A DNA stretch of 64,000 nucleotides, taken from positions 25,571 to 89,570 of the forward strand of contig NMRA01000504.1 of assembly GCA_002633005.1 (NCBI GenBank), given 5' to 3'. Position numbers and translations under genes: made by a program. Below the pieces are notes generated by a model. It saw nothing but the letters and a program-made list of their open reading frames with translations. It was not told the DNA's origin and did no database searches. The DNA comes from Phoronis australis. Taxonomy: Eukaryota > Animalia > Phoronida. Below are positions 37,701 through 50,100 of the stretch, piece after piece. Within the stretch, counting starts at the first letter, position 1, and each line of letters opens with the position of its first letter.

Positions 37701-40700
37701 ATCGTGTTTCTCACAAACAGCTGAAACTTTCATAAACCATGCTTTGTACGTTTTATACACTGTTCTTCAAAACGAGGTTAGTTTACGAAAAAAAATCGAA
37801 ATTTGTATAAAATGAAAACTAACGGATGATTTATAAAACACTAAAGGGGTTTTTGAGATTTTATCTCGAACATTAACGTCATTCGAAATTTACTCGTGTT
37901 CTTGACACTGATGTTTTGCTACCTTTAAAGTGGCATGGACCGCGAAAACTCGTGAAAAATACGTTTTAAACGATCCCTAACCAAAGTACCTTCCTTCAAC
38001 CTTTACCAAAAAGTTATTCGCTTCCCCCTGAGAAGGAATTTCCAGAAAAAATGACCCAATTCATGGTTTTTGAAAGAAGTACGAAGAAAAGCTTATATGG
38101 TAACCACTTATACCTGCCTATCTTCCTTTCACTTATTATAAATGCGCGCATGCGCTCAGTCATTCGACAAACGAACAGCTGATTCAATGTCAAGAGTGTT
38201 GTGGAGTGAATACTTTGCCACCCAATGTGCTTTATACATCGTGCCGTGTATTTTGTGCCTACCTCTACGATTCTTCATGATTGGACCATTACTTGAGATT
38301 TGATCATGCTGATCTGCAGTGGACTATTATTCATTTACACTACGTGTCAGAGAACGGTGCTGCGCTAATAATCGGTGACGCAGTTTTGCAAGACAATACG
38401 AGACAAGANGGAGTTTGGCCCTGCCTAGCCAATCTTTGTTCCCAAGTCGTTCGTGATATCGAATATATCCCGTATGTACTCTCGTAAGGATCATGGAGTG
38501 TCCCCAAAAAGTCAAAATTTATCCAACCTCATAACATCATGTCTAAGAAATAGCTGATCGGAAGCCACTTTGTTAGGAATTAAAGTTCAAATGCTTCCCG
38601 TATTACATAAATTCTCCCCGTTAGAGATTACCGTTTGATCACCCTGAGAAAATTTGGGTAAGTTTTGACTGGTGTCCATTTGATTTTCCTGTAAAACGGA
38701 TGAAGACTTTGGTGTTCTATTATGCACATTTTACCAAACAAGCTTATGGGCGCTGGACATAGGTTCCCCTCTACTAGGAAGATTTGTAGATAACAACGTT
38801 TATTTAATTCGAGAGTCGTGTAGGCTGGTAATTTTTCCATCTCAGAAATCGTCAAATGGGTGTTTTGGGTTTATTTTGTGGTATTACCTAATGTATGCAT
38901 TTAACCTGGTACATGAATGAATACGTTCACCTGTTCAGATCCAGGATCAACACAAGAAGAGGACCCATCAATAAACAGACGCAGAGGAAACTCTCCTTTC
39001 CAACAATTTAAGTGTCTTAGCATGAAAGTTTGGTTTGCACCGGGAATGCTAAACAGGTGGCGATGGCGAGAGAGGTGGTAACGGGAGAGGATATTGTCAT
39101 TTTCTAGTGTAGGATTTCCTGCCTCTAGGAAGCGCCACTGTCAACCAAAGACACCAGGCTTTACGTAACGGTCTTCCCAGAAATGCTATAGAGGTTTCAT
39201 TTGGTTGCTTCTGTGAAAGATAATACTTATAATTCCTTGTTTGATAAGATGAGTATAATTATCTAATTCATTGCAAAGGCATCGACACGTAGTTTAGATT
39301 AGGTACTTCTGACTATATCCAGTGACCTCATTTCACGTCACCACCGTTAGACTTGATCCGGCGGATTATTTCACGCGTCAATCAATGCCAAGCAATAACA
39401 AACACTTAGTTTTTTCAAAGCCGCAAATCAATTCTAATTAAAGAACCAATTTGTCACCTGTGGCCGGTTGAGCGAGACACCCCAGTAGCGTCTCAACTAT
39501 TTTCCCTATTACCAGGATGTTGATGGACTTTGTGAAAACATTGGTTGTCATCTCTTCTGATATTTCATCATAGTTGTTATGGCAAATTTTAGCTTTGATA
39601 CATACCGAGAATAAGCGTTCTGTTGAATCCTTAATGTAAGGGCTCATTGTTAAGCTATCAGAAGATGTAAGTTCGTGATTCCGGTAAACTGACAGAAGAA
39701 AGTATTAGGCTAGTGCGTGAACACAATCTACAAATGTGCTGAAAATTCAGGGAACGCATTTGAGTTCCTATTGAAACAGCTTCATGCAACCGACCACAGT
39801 GGTCTGAATCAAAACTGGTATTGAGACTGAAAGCGGATTCTTCTTTGGACCATATTTGTGTTCGCTGAGGATCCTTGTGCTGCCCATGTTTAATAGTGTC
39901 TATAGACAATGTACTGAGCATGGACATTGGGCTAGCAATATCAGGAAACTCACCATGTAGCCAAATAAGGACATGTTATATACTTTGAAATCTTTGTACA
40001 TGAAATATGAATATGCTAGAGCAGCTAAGCAGTGTGCCTTTAAATCTGTTCTAGGTGCATTTTCTCGCATGTGATATTTAACATCTCACTCTAGATATTT
40101 ACTGCTTCTTTTAATATTTCTTAATTTTGTGTTTTCTGTTAAAATTGTTCTTTTACTTATATTACCTGATGATGCCTTTAGAATAAAGGTGAAACTTTGT
40201 AAATATGAAGGTTCTAACCACAGCGCTTTTAATTTGAATTCTGATACTTATACGGCCAAAGAAAAACGTCATGCAATGGCAATGCGAAGCCAAATGCTCT
40301 GTTAGCATGCTGTTCAGGTTAAATTATCCTTTACCGGGCTTCAAACAGCTATGAGACGTTAATTTGTACAGTCCACAACCAGCAACACGTGCTTATTACA
40401 CGTTTATACGACCACCGACTAACCGCTGCTGGCATAAAAGAGAAATCGTTTAAAAAGTCGTACAGAATTATTTGATCGTTGCTCACAGCCCAGGATCTTA
40501 TCTTCCTTCTCAGACTTCAAACTTAACCAATATCAATTATTCGAGTACACGTTTGAAAGTTTGAGTGAATGAAACAATGCAATTGGTAAATTTTCAGTCG
40601 AGTTTAGTTTCGAGTTGATATTTGACACCTTATGTTTATTGAAAAATGACGACGCATTTGTTTTACACAGTCACTTCGCTGTTGCTGAATACTTTTTGCC

Positions 40701-41236
40701 CTGTATTTGTGAACAGATCATATGTTAGACACAATTTATCAAAAATGTCTTATTTACATGCAGTTATGGTCTTTAATCAGATATTTTGTAACTTATTGAA
40801 GTAAAATTAAATTATTGTTCACGTACAGTTGGGTAGAACGTAAAAGCAAAAGTAAAACCATTTAATTCAACGAAAATTTCCATGAAACACAATACTCGTC
40901 CTTTTGTGTCCGTAAGTTGGGTATTGCGTTGTGTAAGGTAAACTGAGTACTATTGTTTTCACTGTCGACACCAAGTTTGAATTTCACCGACATGTTGACC
41001 CTGACGAAATAGTCCATTTAACTGGTCGTCAATTTTCAACGGCCCCTGATCTCTTCTCATGCTCATTCGCACCTGTATCTCCGATTCATCATCGAGTCCT
41101 AGACCTTCTTTACAATTGAAGGGCAAAGACGATAATACTGTAATAAACTCGGCTTCGCCTTGCTCCTCATTCATATTAAAAATTATTTCTGGGCTCGAGA
41201 AGAACCGACTAGGCTCGTAAGTTGCTTGTGATGGCG

Positions 41237-41374
41237 CATGGGCGGATCCAGGGGTGTCAATGTTGTCCGAACCCCCCTTTTCCATTGATTTTAATGATAT
41301 CAAATCTAGAATTTTCAAATTGACATGTACCCTTTTTATAAAAAATCCTTTTAAAAATCCTGAATCCGCTCCTG
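41237..41374. mobile_element. MITE (CAGGGGCGGATCCAG-type terminal inverted repeats)
   Basis: catgggcggatccagg ... cctgaatccgctcctg TIRs. Confidence 0.65.
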
Positions 41375-44300
41375 CGGCGGGTTATTAAATTACACTGACC
41401 AAGGCAGAATGGTCGTCATGGGAATTCCAGGCCATTTGCATGTATTGAAGCCAATTCACTTTAAATAAAGGATAAGTGCGCTATGAAGTTGCTGTGCAAG
41501 ACCAAGGTACGATTTATAGAGGAAGTGTGTGTTTTTTTTAACCGGAACAAGATATCGGCTTTAAATGCTCAATATTTTACGAAAATGGATAAAACTTTGT
41601 TACACATACTTCGACAACTAATCATTTATAAGCAATTTTAATGCGTGAAATAGCTTGATATAGAAGTTTAGGGACTGTCGCGATTGCGAATACTTTTGCT
41701 ATCTTATGGAAACTGATGAATTTTCCTGGAAATTTGATACAACTACAGGTCTGTGGTTCGTTTTAATAAACTAATAAAGAGAGTGGTCCGCCAACGATGA
41801 ACACTCAGTCACTTAAAATTTCATCCTTGATCTTCACGTACCTTTCTTGTCGGAAGAACACGATTAAATGAATATTCTTTTTTACCAACAAGTTCAGTCA
41901 GTTGGCTCCTAAACGTTTAGGCTTGATGCTATTGAGGTTCACTCGATGATTTCCAGCGTCAGGTAGAACGACAACATCTTGAAATGGTTATCTCAGAGTT
42001 CGTCACCGCGGCGTGTCATCGACGACGTGATTTATGCCGCGTAGTTATCTTTTTCACTTAGTTCCTTCGTAATCTTTATCGGCCGGGTATAAAAAGGAGT
42101 TGACCCAAGCGTTCGTGGGCCGTATAAGGTATTTATGGCCCAATTGGACCCCCTGCCCTTGGTAGTTATCTGAGAGGAGAACGCAATTTGTCCGGGAGAT
42201 AAATTTGACGGATGGTGATGATAAAATTCCAGATAATTACAAACAAACTGACGTGATTAGAGACCTAGACGCGTTCGCCGTGAAACTAAAAAATGCACTT
42301 GACGAAGGATTTGGTTTTTAATGGAATTGACCGACAAATTAATTGGAAAAATTTAATGCAAAGAGTATCCTTAAAACGTCGATTCATGAAAGACAGTATT
42401 CGAGCTAATTTGTTTCCTTCCGTGCCAGAACTCCACCATAATACCAGTGAAACTGTCTGTAATTGACCCATCAGCAGTGCTGTTGGAACCCCTTTAGGAA
42501 ATAATGCATCTTTCTTTCAATTTAATGGTGCCATCTAGAGCCTTTTAAGTTCACCAAACGGAATGAGACAAGTCCTTTACGTAATAGCGCGCGCATCAGA
42601 TCACGAAGATTCATCCGGAACACCTTGAGCATTTTTTGCAGCTTCAACATACCAATTGGAGATTAGTATAATCTGCGCATGTGTGAACGGCCAATCATTC
42701 TCCAATTTAAAAGTCTTACGCCGTATAAGCTAAATCCGCCTATCCTGGCTCCGAAAATACCCGAGGTGCTCTGTATGATCAAGATTATCACGAGGTTAAG
42801 CTGTGGCTGCTATCACGGCAAGACCGACTGAATTTCAGCATCTTTCAAGGTTCATTAATTCCAAATGTGACACAAATCAGGCGGTGATCACGGAAATGGT
42901 TGACAATTGATAAATGATTACGAGAATAGAAACGTCTCTTATGAAAAATAAAACCCATGACGTCGTCATTTTTTTAAATTCCAAGTGTTTCTGTTTTGTA
43001 GGTGGGCAGACACATCACGTAGGTAACACCGTTTTTATCACATAATGGTCTGGCACCAACTCCTAGCCTATAAGCATTGGCACGATTTCTCAGTCGGTCA
43101 TTTCTCCGGCCATCTTCAAGAGTACAGCTTTCTTAAAAGAACGGTAATGGTTAGAGTGCTGCAAAGACAACCTCTCAAAGTCCCAGATACAAATCCCAGG
43201 GTGCTTGAAGGAAAATGCATGAATATAAAAGCAATTTAACACCTGAAGATAGACAGAGAAATGACCGACCGAAACGTAGAGGTTGGTGTTGATGGATCGA
43301 TGGATTTTCAGAAATGATGTTACTACACTCTGACCTCAAACGGGTTTGAGGAAGTCGGTCAATTCAAGATTATAACTTAAATTATTTTGATATGAGTTTG
43401 GAGTTTTGGCTGAATGTTGTGTAATTGCCAAATCTTCTCAAAAAAGTACAAGAACAGTAGGGGATGATAGCTTTATGGTCATAATTGTGTATTGGTGACT
43501 TAAATAAGACTATTGGAAGATTTTGAAATCTGTGACAGCATTTTTGGAAAAGACATTAAGAAAAAATGAGCTTTTGGGAAAATATGCTTTGTATTAAAAA
43601 TGGTTACTCAAAACAGTTTGTTTCGCTTTTTCACAAGTTGTGGGGCATATTTAATACGTACGTATATTCCACCTACCGCATCATTCGCGTCTCGTCACCC
43701 ACTCAGCGACCGCACATTATTCCATGCCCACAATGCTGGTTTCGACTTTCGGATAAATTATATTAATGTAAGCCTTACACCTTAAATGTTACTTCAAGTG
43801 TTTTCAACAAACTGTTCTAATACTTTCAAGTCAGTCAGAAATTGTTTGTTTAACTAAACTACACACTGTGAATATTATCCAATTTATAAAAAAATCACTA
43901 AAAACATTTCGTAAACGGCATGCGAGAACACTCAACGTGCATTATTGAGTGCAAAGGAATTTGTTGTATTTCCATAGTATCTTAAACAAACGTGTCCTGG
44001 AAATGCAATCAAAAGCGTCAAACAAAAAGTCTGAAGACGCCTCAGTGATGAGAAATATGAAGCTTTATGCTTTATATATAGGGATTGACATAATCTCGAA
44101 AGCGCACGTTTCGTTTCCACCAAGTCTCAGGAGTGCAAACACTCGCCATGGCAGCTCAACGTTAGGCCTATAAGTTAAATCCGACACAAACGTCAATGTA
44201 AATGTAAGTTGTTCTGGGCCGTCTCCGCACTATAAAGGGATTTTGACATAGTATGATGTACTTTAAAATGTGATTTTCCACGTCTATTTTTAGGGGTGAA

Positions 44301-46329
44301 AATTGTGTTACCGTACCAATATCCGGGAGAAAATCTGCTACAACTTTTGAAGGGCAGTTTCAGAGCAGTATTGTGGACATTTATCAAAAAGCAAACAGAC
44401 AGACCAACAGAAATGACGATATGTTTCACGACAGTACAAATATTTCCAGCTACTACTGAATTACATAATATCCTCTTAACAATCAATTGCGCCCACTTTG
44501 GATTCCGGCCACTGGGTAAGACAATGATGAAAGGACTGTTAAACGTTTTATTCAGGATTTTGAAATTGAGAAATTACCGCACCATCAAATTCACAATGTT
44601 TCTGATTCACATTACTGGAACTCGTTACGCGCCGAGATATTTAGAATGTTGCCTTTTCGTACGGCGGGCCTTTAGCTTAATTTTAGTACAAACATAATTT
44701 TTGTTTAATAAGGCAACCCCCTAACGCCAACATTGTAGCGGGGGTTTTCTATTTTTTCACGAGATTTTCCTGTGTGTACACTTGAAAGTATCACGGACAA
44801 AATAGCATTTTCAGGTCTATTACATGAAAAATAAGCTTCACGGCTATCTTCAAAATTCGAGACTAACGTGCCGTGGCGTCAATTTGGCTGAAAAGCTCTG
44901 CGTTATATTACTATATCTTCTAAAATTCTTGGCTGCCGGCAAGGTAAACTTTAAGTAAATACGCTCACCATTGTTCGTGACAGTCACGATTAAAAGTTTA
45001 GAGGGCTTTTGTGACGTCAAATTCCACCAGACAGGCAACGCAAACCAAGATTTTTAATATGGTTGATGTTTGGATACAGGCGACGGGATTGCCAGTTATG
45101 CGTCATGACTGAAACCTCGAACTCTTCTGTTCACTACAGTAAGACAATGCTATAGATCAAATAAATGTATACCGATTGATGTCTACATGTACATCATCCA
45201 AGAGGTGTAAGTTCACTATGGACCTATTTTGGGCCAGACTGTATAAAACCACTCGTTCAGCACTGCAGAAATCAAAGTGTGTCAAGGCCCACGACAAAAG
45301 CCCTACAGTGATCAAATCATCGTTTTAGGACTACGACTTTTAAAGCCTAGCCACGTTAAAGCAGCGGTCCGGTAGTTAGGAGCATACCGTTATTTTGCGT
45401 GAGTTTTAATCCAAATCACTTTTTGTATTGTACATGTAAATATTTGACTGTTCAGCCTGACAAAAATATTTCCACACCGTGAACGAAATTCTTGCGGGAT
45501 ATGAAATCGTGCGCATAAATTCGTCTTACCATAACATAATCCGGATTTCCTTGAAAGCGTGCGTCAATGGATTCCTCTTTTTGGAAGGCGGTGTAACTTT
45601 ACTGCAGCATCTGCCGTTGTTTTATTAGCCGTGTCCCTGGTATTATGGATTGTTTTATTGCTCTATACCCCCAGCACTAACTAATCTGCTAGAAGACAAG
45701 AGGCTCGCAATAGGTTATTTATTTCGATACATTATCAGTTATAGTTCAGATCATTCTTCCACTATCTAGGAGAACTGTGCGCACCCGCCGATATAATATC
45801 GAACGTCAATATTTTTACGGAGCTGCGCACCATAGGAGATTGATATCGTGGCCTAAATGAAAACTATGGCAACCGAGCTCAGCGGAATGTGTGGACAAAC
45901 GCTTAGAATTTAGATTAAAAATATCTAATTTAGGTCGCTTTTGGATCTACATGAGCCTGTTAACTTTTGTGTAACAGTTTTACCATTCTCAATACTTGTT
46001 TTGTATAAGGCGGTCTAATCAGCTAAGAAAAAATTCTAACGTGGGTATATTTGCTGTCAGTGCTCGTTCAAAAAGGACAACGAAATAAGTTCAATTAAAC
46101 TATTAGGAATTTAAATTGAAGTTTCAGGTATGTGTTTCTGATATAAAGTTTATAAACTCTGAAAACTATGGTGAACCATGAATATTTTTTAAATAGAAAA
46201 GCATTGTTACTTTTAAAACTCAACAAAAACATGCATACCTTTGTCCAAGCTGACTTGCGAAAAGTATTGTTTTTCATACAGGTGTGTAAGGCAGGTAAAA
46301 AACACAAGAAGTGGACGTAACAAAAATAA

Positions 46330-46335
46330 TTTATT
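46330..46335 (-). terminator. Probable KIF9 polyadenylation signal (AATAAA)
   Basis: AATAAA on the minus strand ~710 nt after the stop codon, followed by a T/GT-rich tract. Confidence 0.5.
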
Positions 46336-46343
46336 GTATCATG

Positions 46344-46469
46344 ACTGCAGGGATTTCTATGTACAGTGCTTATATGAATAATTACAATAAGAGGCACACT
46401 AGCCACGACTGCAGAGATTTCTATGTACAGTGTTTATATGAATAATTACAATATGAGACACACTAGCCA
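46344..46469. repeat. Two-copy ~64-bp tandem duplication in the probable KIF9 3' UTR
   Basis: actgcag(g/a)gatttctatgtacagtg...acactagcca occurs twice. Confidence 0.9.
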
Positions 46470-47045
46470 ACTCTAGTTCCCACATCCCCGTCCAATCAAG
46501 ATCCTATCATAACATACATACATTATTTACTCCTAATTCTATTTACAAACAACAATAGTTCTGTGCCTTTTAAGCATTTCTGCATTTCTTGAAATTCTCA
46601 GTATAAAAAGAAATTGACATGAAATAAATTATGCAAACCAGTGTAAATTTATGTTGCAACTGAGAAAAATACAAAACACAGCAACCTTAAAAGAAAATAA
46701 TGACTGTATCCAATGACGTTTGGCAACAAAATACCTAATAGCACTTGGAATCTTTTGAGTCAAACTAAATGTGAGGAATACCAGGGATGGCAAAAGGGCT
46801 GATTCAGGGTGCTTTTAAGCCAGTGGATACTGTAACTGATATGACTATGCATGTCATCAATACAACCTAGGCAACAACCTGGCACCTAGGTGTCTGCTGC
46901 AAACTAAGAATCGAATTCAAGCAGTTTAATCTCAAATTAACGATTTTCAATTAATTACGGAAACAATATATTTCATTATAAAAGGAATCAGCATCCACCA
47001 AGTCCCTCTGCTGGATCCTTCCACCACAAGACTTTGCGTAACACT

Positions 47046-47156
47046 TCACTGAGACACTTGAAGCATTGCGGGAGGGGGACCTCGTCTCTCTATTTTTGTA
47101 GGGGTCCCAGGTTTTCGTCTTGGCTGGGTCTGACTCATAGCCGCATCATAGATTTT
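47046..47156 (-). CDS. KIF9: KIF9 last coding exon
   Basis: ttttcag|AAAATC...; KIYDAAMSQTQPRRKPGTPTKIERRGPPPAMLQVSQ*. Confidence 0.8.
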   Translation of the reverse strand, partial: KIYDAAMSQTQPRRKPGTPTKIERRGPPPAMLQVSQ

Positions 47157-50100
47157 CTGAAAAGGAAAAGGATACATTACAGAACCCTACATGATAAATT
47201 ACAAGTTAAATGTGAATTATGTTGTTCATGAATTGGCCTCTGATCGAAAATTAGAGAAATATATTGTTGTAACACACCACTCAGGTTCTTCATCTTTCTA
47301 TTGCAATCTCTGCTGCACTTTCAACCATGGAACACATATATTAAATCACTACTACATTTACTATTACAAATACTTCTAAACACAGACATTTCAAGAGTAG
47401 ACAATTTAATAACAGCTGTAAAAAGTCGGGAGATCTGCTAAATTTAAAAATCAACAAGATGTCTTTAATTTGTAATGCGTTTCTAGTACGGAAACTATAG
47501 AAAATCATGACATTATTTCATAATTGCATAATTATAGTATAATTATACAATTACCATATAAAATATATTAGCAACACAGTAAATTAACTCTGTCATACCC
47601 TTCTCTCTGTTCTCAAGCGGGCATTTTGAAATGAGGCTGAGTCTGGGTTCTCTAATAACAACTGAGCTTGCAGTCTGTCAAACTTCTCCTGCTCATCTTC
47701 CAGCTGCAAAAGAAAAACATAAAGAAATAAAAGACATCTTGCAAACTTAATCACCGATCTAAATATAAATTTACATTACTTTTGCACAGAAGAAGTTCTT
47801 TGAGTTAATGAAAACAGTTGCTTGTTGCTGGTTTTGACTGGCTGGGGTCTGGCTTCACACTACCAGGGTGACCTTTACTGTTAGCCATAAAATCAATGCA
47901 ACACATCCAACCATACAGACACAGAGACCAGTAACAAAGTAAGATGGCAAGTCAGCACTCCCTGGCATACATCAACAGCCTCCCCAACATGATTGTCACT
48001 GCACTCACCATTCCATTAGGGTTGTACAACGTGCCCGCTCTGACGCCCCAGCCTGCCTGATGGCTCGTTTGTTTTTCTTCACCACTCATGAAGCAGTCGT
48101 TGTACCACGTGTCAAACTCCTGCACAAGTTTGTTCCGGCAAGAGTCCACCAGCTTCTGACAGTACTGCACTTCAGACTTCAGCCCTGTGGAGTGAAACGG
48201 GAATAACGATAACAACATAATGTTTTTATTGTTCCTTCATACTCAGCGCCATGGGGCAACAGTAAGTGTGTCATATACGCATGCTCAAAACAGTGGACAA
48301 CTGTGGCCATGACAACCAAATGGTACTCTATAAACTAAAAATATGCAGCCAGTCCAATACCTGAATAGCATCGGACGTGCACAGGCGACTTAGGTCGAAC
48401 CAACTGCACAAAACACCTGATATAAAACTCATTAGAACCCTCTTGTATGTATGGTCATTATGCTCTTCCAGAGGGAGGTTGCAGAAGTTTGTAGCCAAGT
48501 AGGTCACATTCATCTGCTACAAATGCTATAAACTAAGTACGACATCACTCTTTAGGTACATTTTGAGGATAAATACCAGAATCAATGCAAAAATTTACAG
48601 TCAATTTTTCGATTTAACTCCCCGACATCCAAAAATTAAAGCAAAATAGTGTTGCGTTCTCTGCTAACTGTTACCAATCCTGATGATGCATTTGCGATCA
48701 AAGTGAAACACTGACCGTGAATTTTTCTGTGTTTACTGTGTAATATGTTCACAATAAACTCACTGAAACATCACAAGTGGCATTGGCCAGTGTGGCCAGG
48801 TGCTTCCAGACCCATTTTATTGCAATCTACAGTTAGTGTTTGTTGCGACTACTTCCACTCCACTGAAGGCGACAAACACTTTGACTTCAGCCATTAGTGG
48901 TACAAAGCAATTTACATCCAATTTGACTATTTGCTTAAGTCACAGAAAAACTTCGGCATTCGGTGTCAACAGTTTGTCCATCACAGGTAATAAATCATGT
49001 CTTTGCTTCTGAAATTCAGTTATCGGCCTACCTTTAAGATCATCATAGTCAGATCTGTACGCCTGCTTTAAGTCTTTTAACTTTTTGATCTGTAGAAATT
49101 CCTCCTCACTAATGATTGCTTCTCCGTCTTCATTATATGACGAACCTTAAAGCAAAAATCATTGCTATCAGTCACAGTGGCTTAAAGACGGTAACTTTTC
49201 ACAAACTACTTTTGGTTACCTTGCTAAGTTCCAATAACATCTGAGGATGAGAGATCTGGAATTGTGTGCATTTGATTAAATAAGCGATAGACATCAAATA
49301 AAATTCCCCTCAATAGCACAAGGCATCACTTAGAAGGTAAATTCTGTTAGAGATTGCTACGTATAACCCTGTATAAATAAGCCTCTACTAAAACCAAATC
49401 ACTTCAGAATATATTCCACATTGCACTAATAATTGTAAAAGTATCTACCTTAATCAAATGTGAAAATAACGCCAAGAAACACGTGTAGGGCATGGTTGGG
49501 TGTCACAATGCCTCTCAACATACCTTCAGCTTCTCTTTCCCTCTTCAACACATCCAAAGATTCTTTAGTTGAATCAATATCCACCTTAATTGAGTTTATC
49601 TGGCGAGCCAGAGTGGCATAGTCCTTCTTTTTCTTAGCCAGAATCTCTTTGTTTTCTGAGAAAATTCGATTGATTTCGCTGCCTCTCTCCTGTTTGAATT
49701 CTTCAAAGGCCTGTTGCCGAGAGGGTGGAGTGCTGTAAAACACAAGTACTGATGCTATACAGACTTGTGATCACTGAGGAAGTACTGATTTCCAAAGAGA
49801 CTTATGTCTGCACAGGGGAAAAGAATAACACAGCCCATCTCCCCCCTCTCTTTTATACTTCTCAATATCTTCAAAATCAATGTAGCAAAATATTCACCTC
49901 TTGTCAGTTTTCTCCAGAACAGTTGTGAAAACGCACGCCAAACTCTTTTAATATCATTCAAAACATCCTGTAAGATGGAGTACTGATCAACCCAGTAGAC
50001 ATACTCACCTTGGCCGAACATCAGCTTGCTGTGTAACACTAGGTGTCTCTGCATCCTTTTCGTCGTCCCTCCTGTCTCCAGCAGGTGTCGTTGGCGTCTC

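Noticed and set aside
40959-41318. 119-aa minus-strand ORF
   Set aside because: It begins inside a MITE and has no recognisable domain or supporting exon chain.
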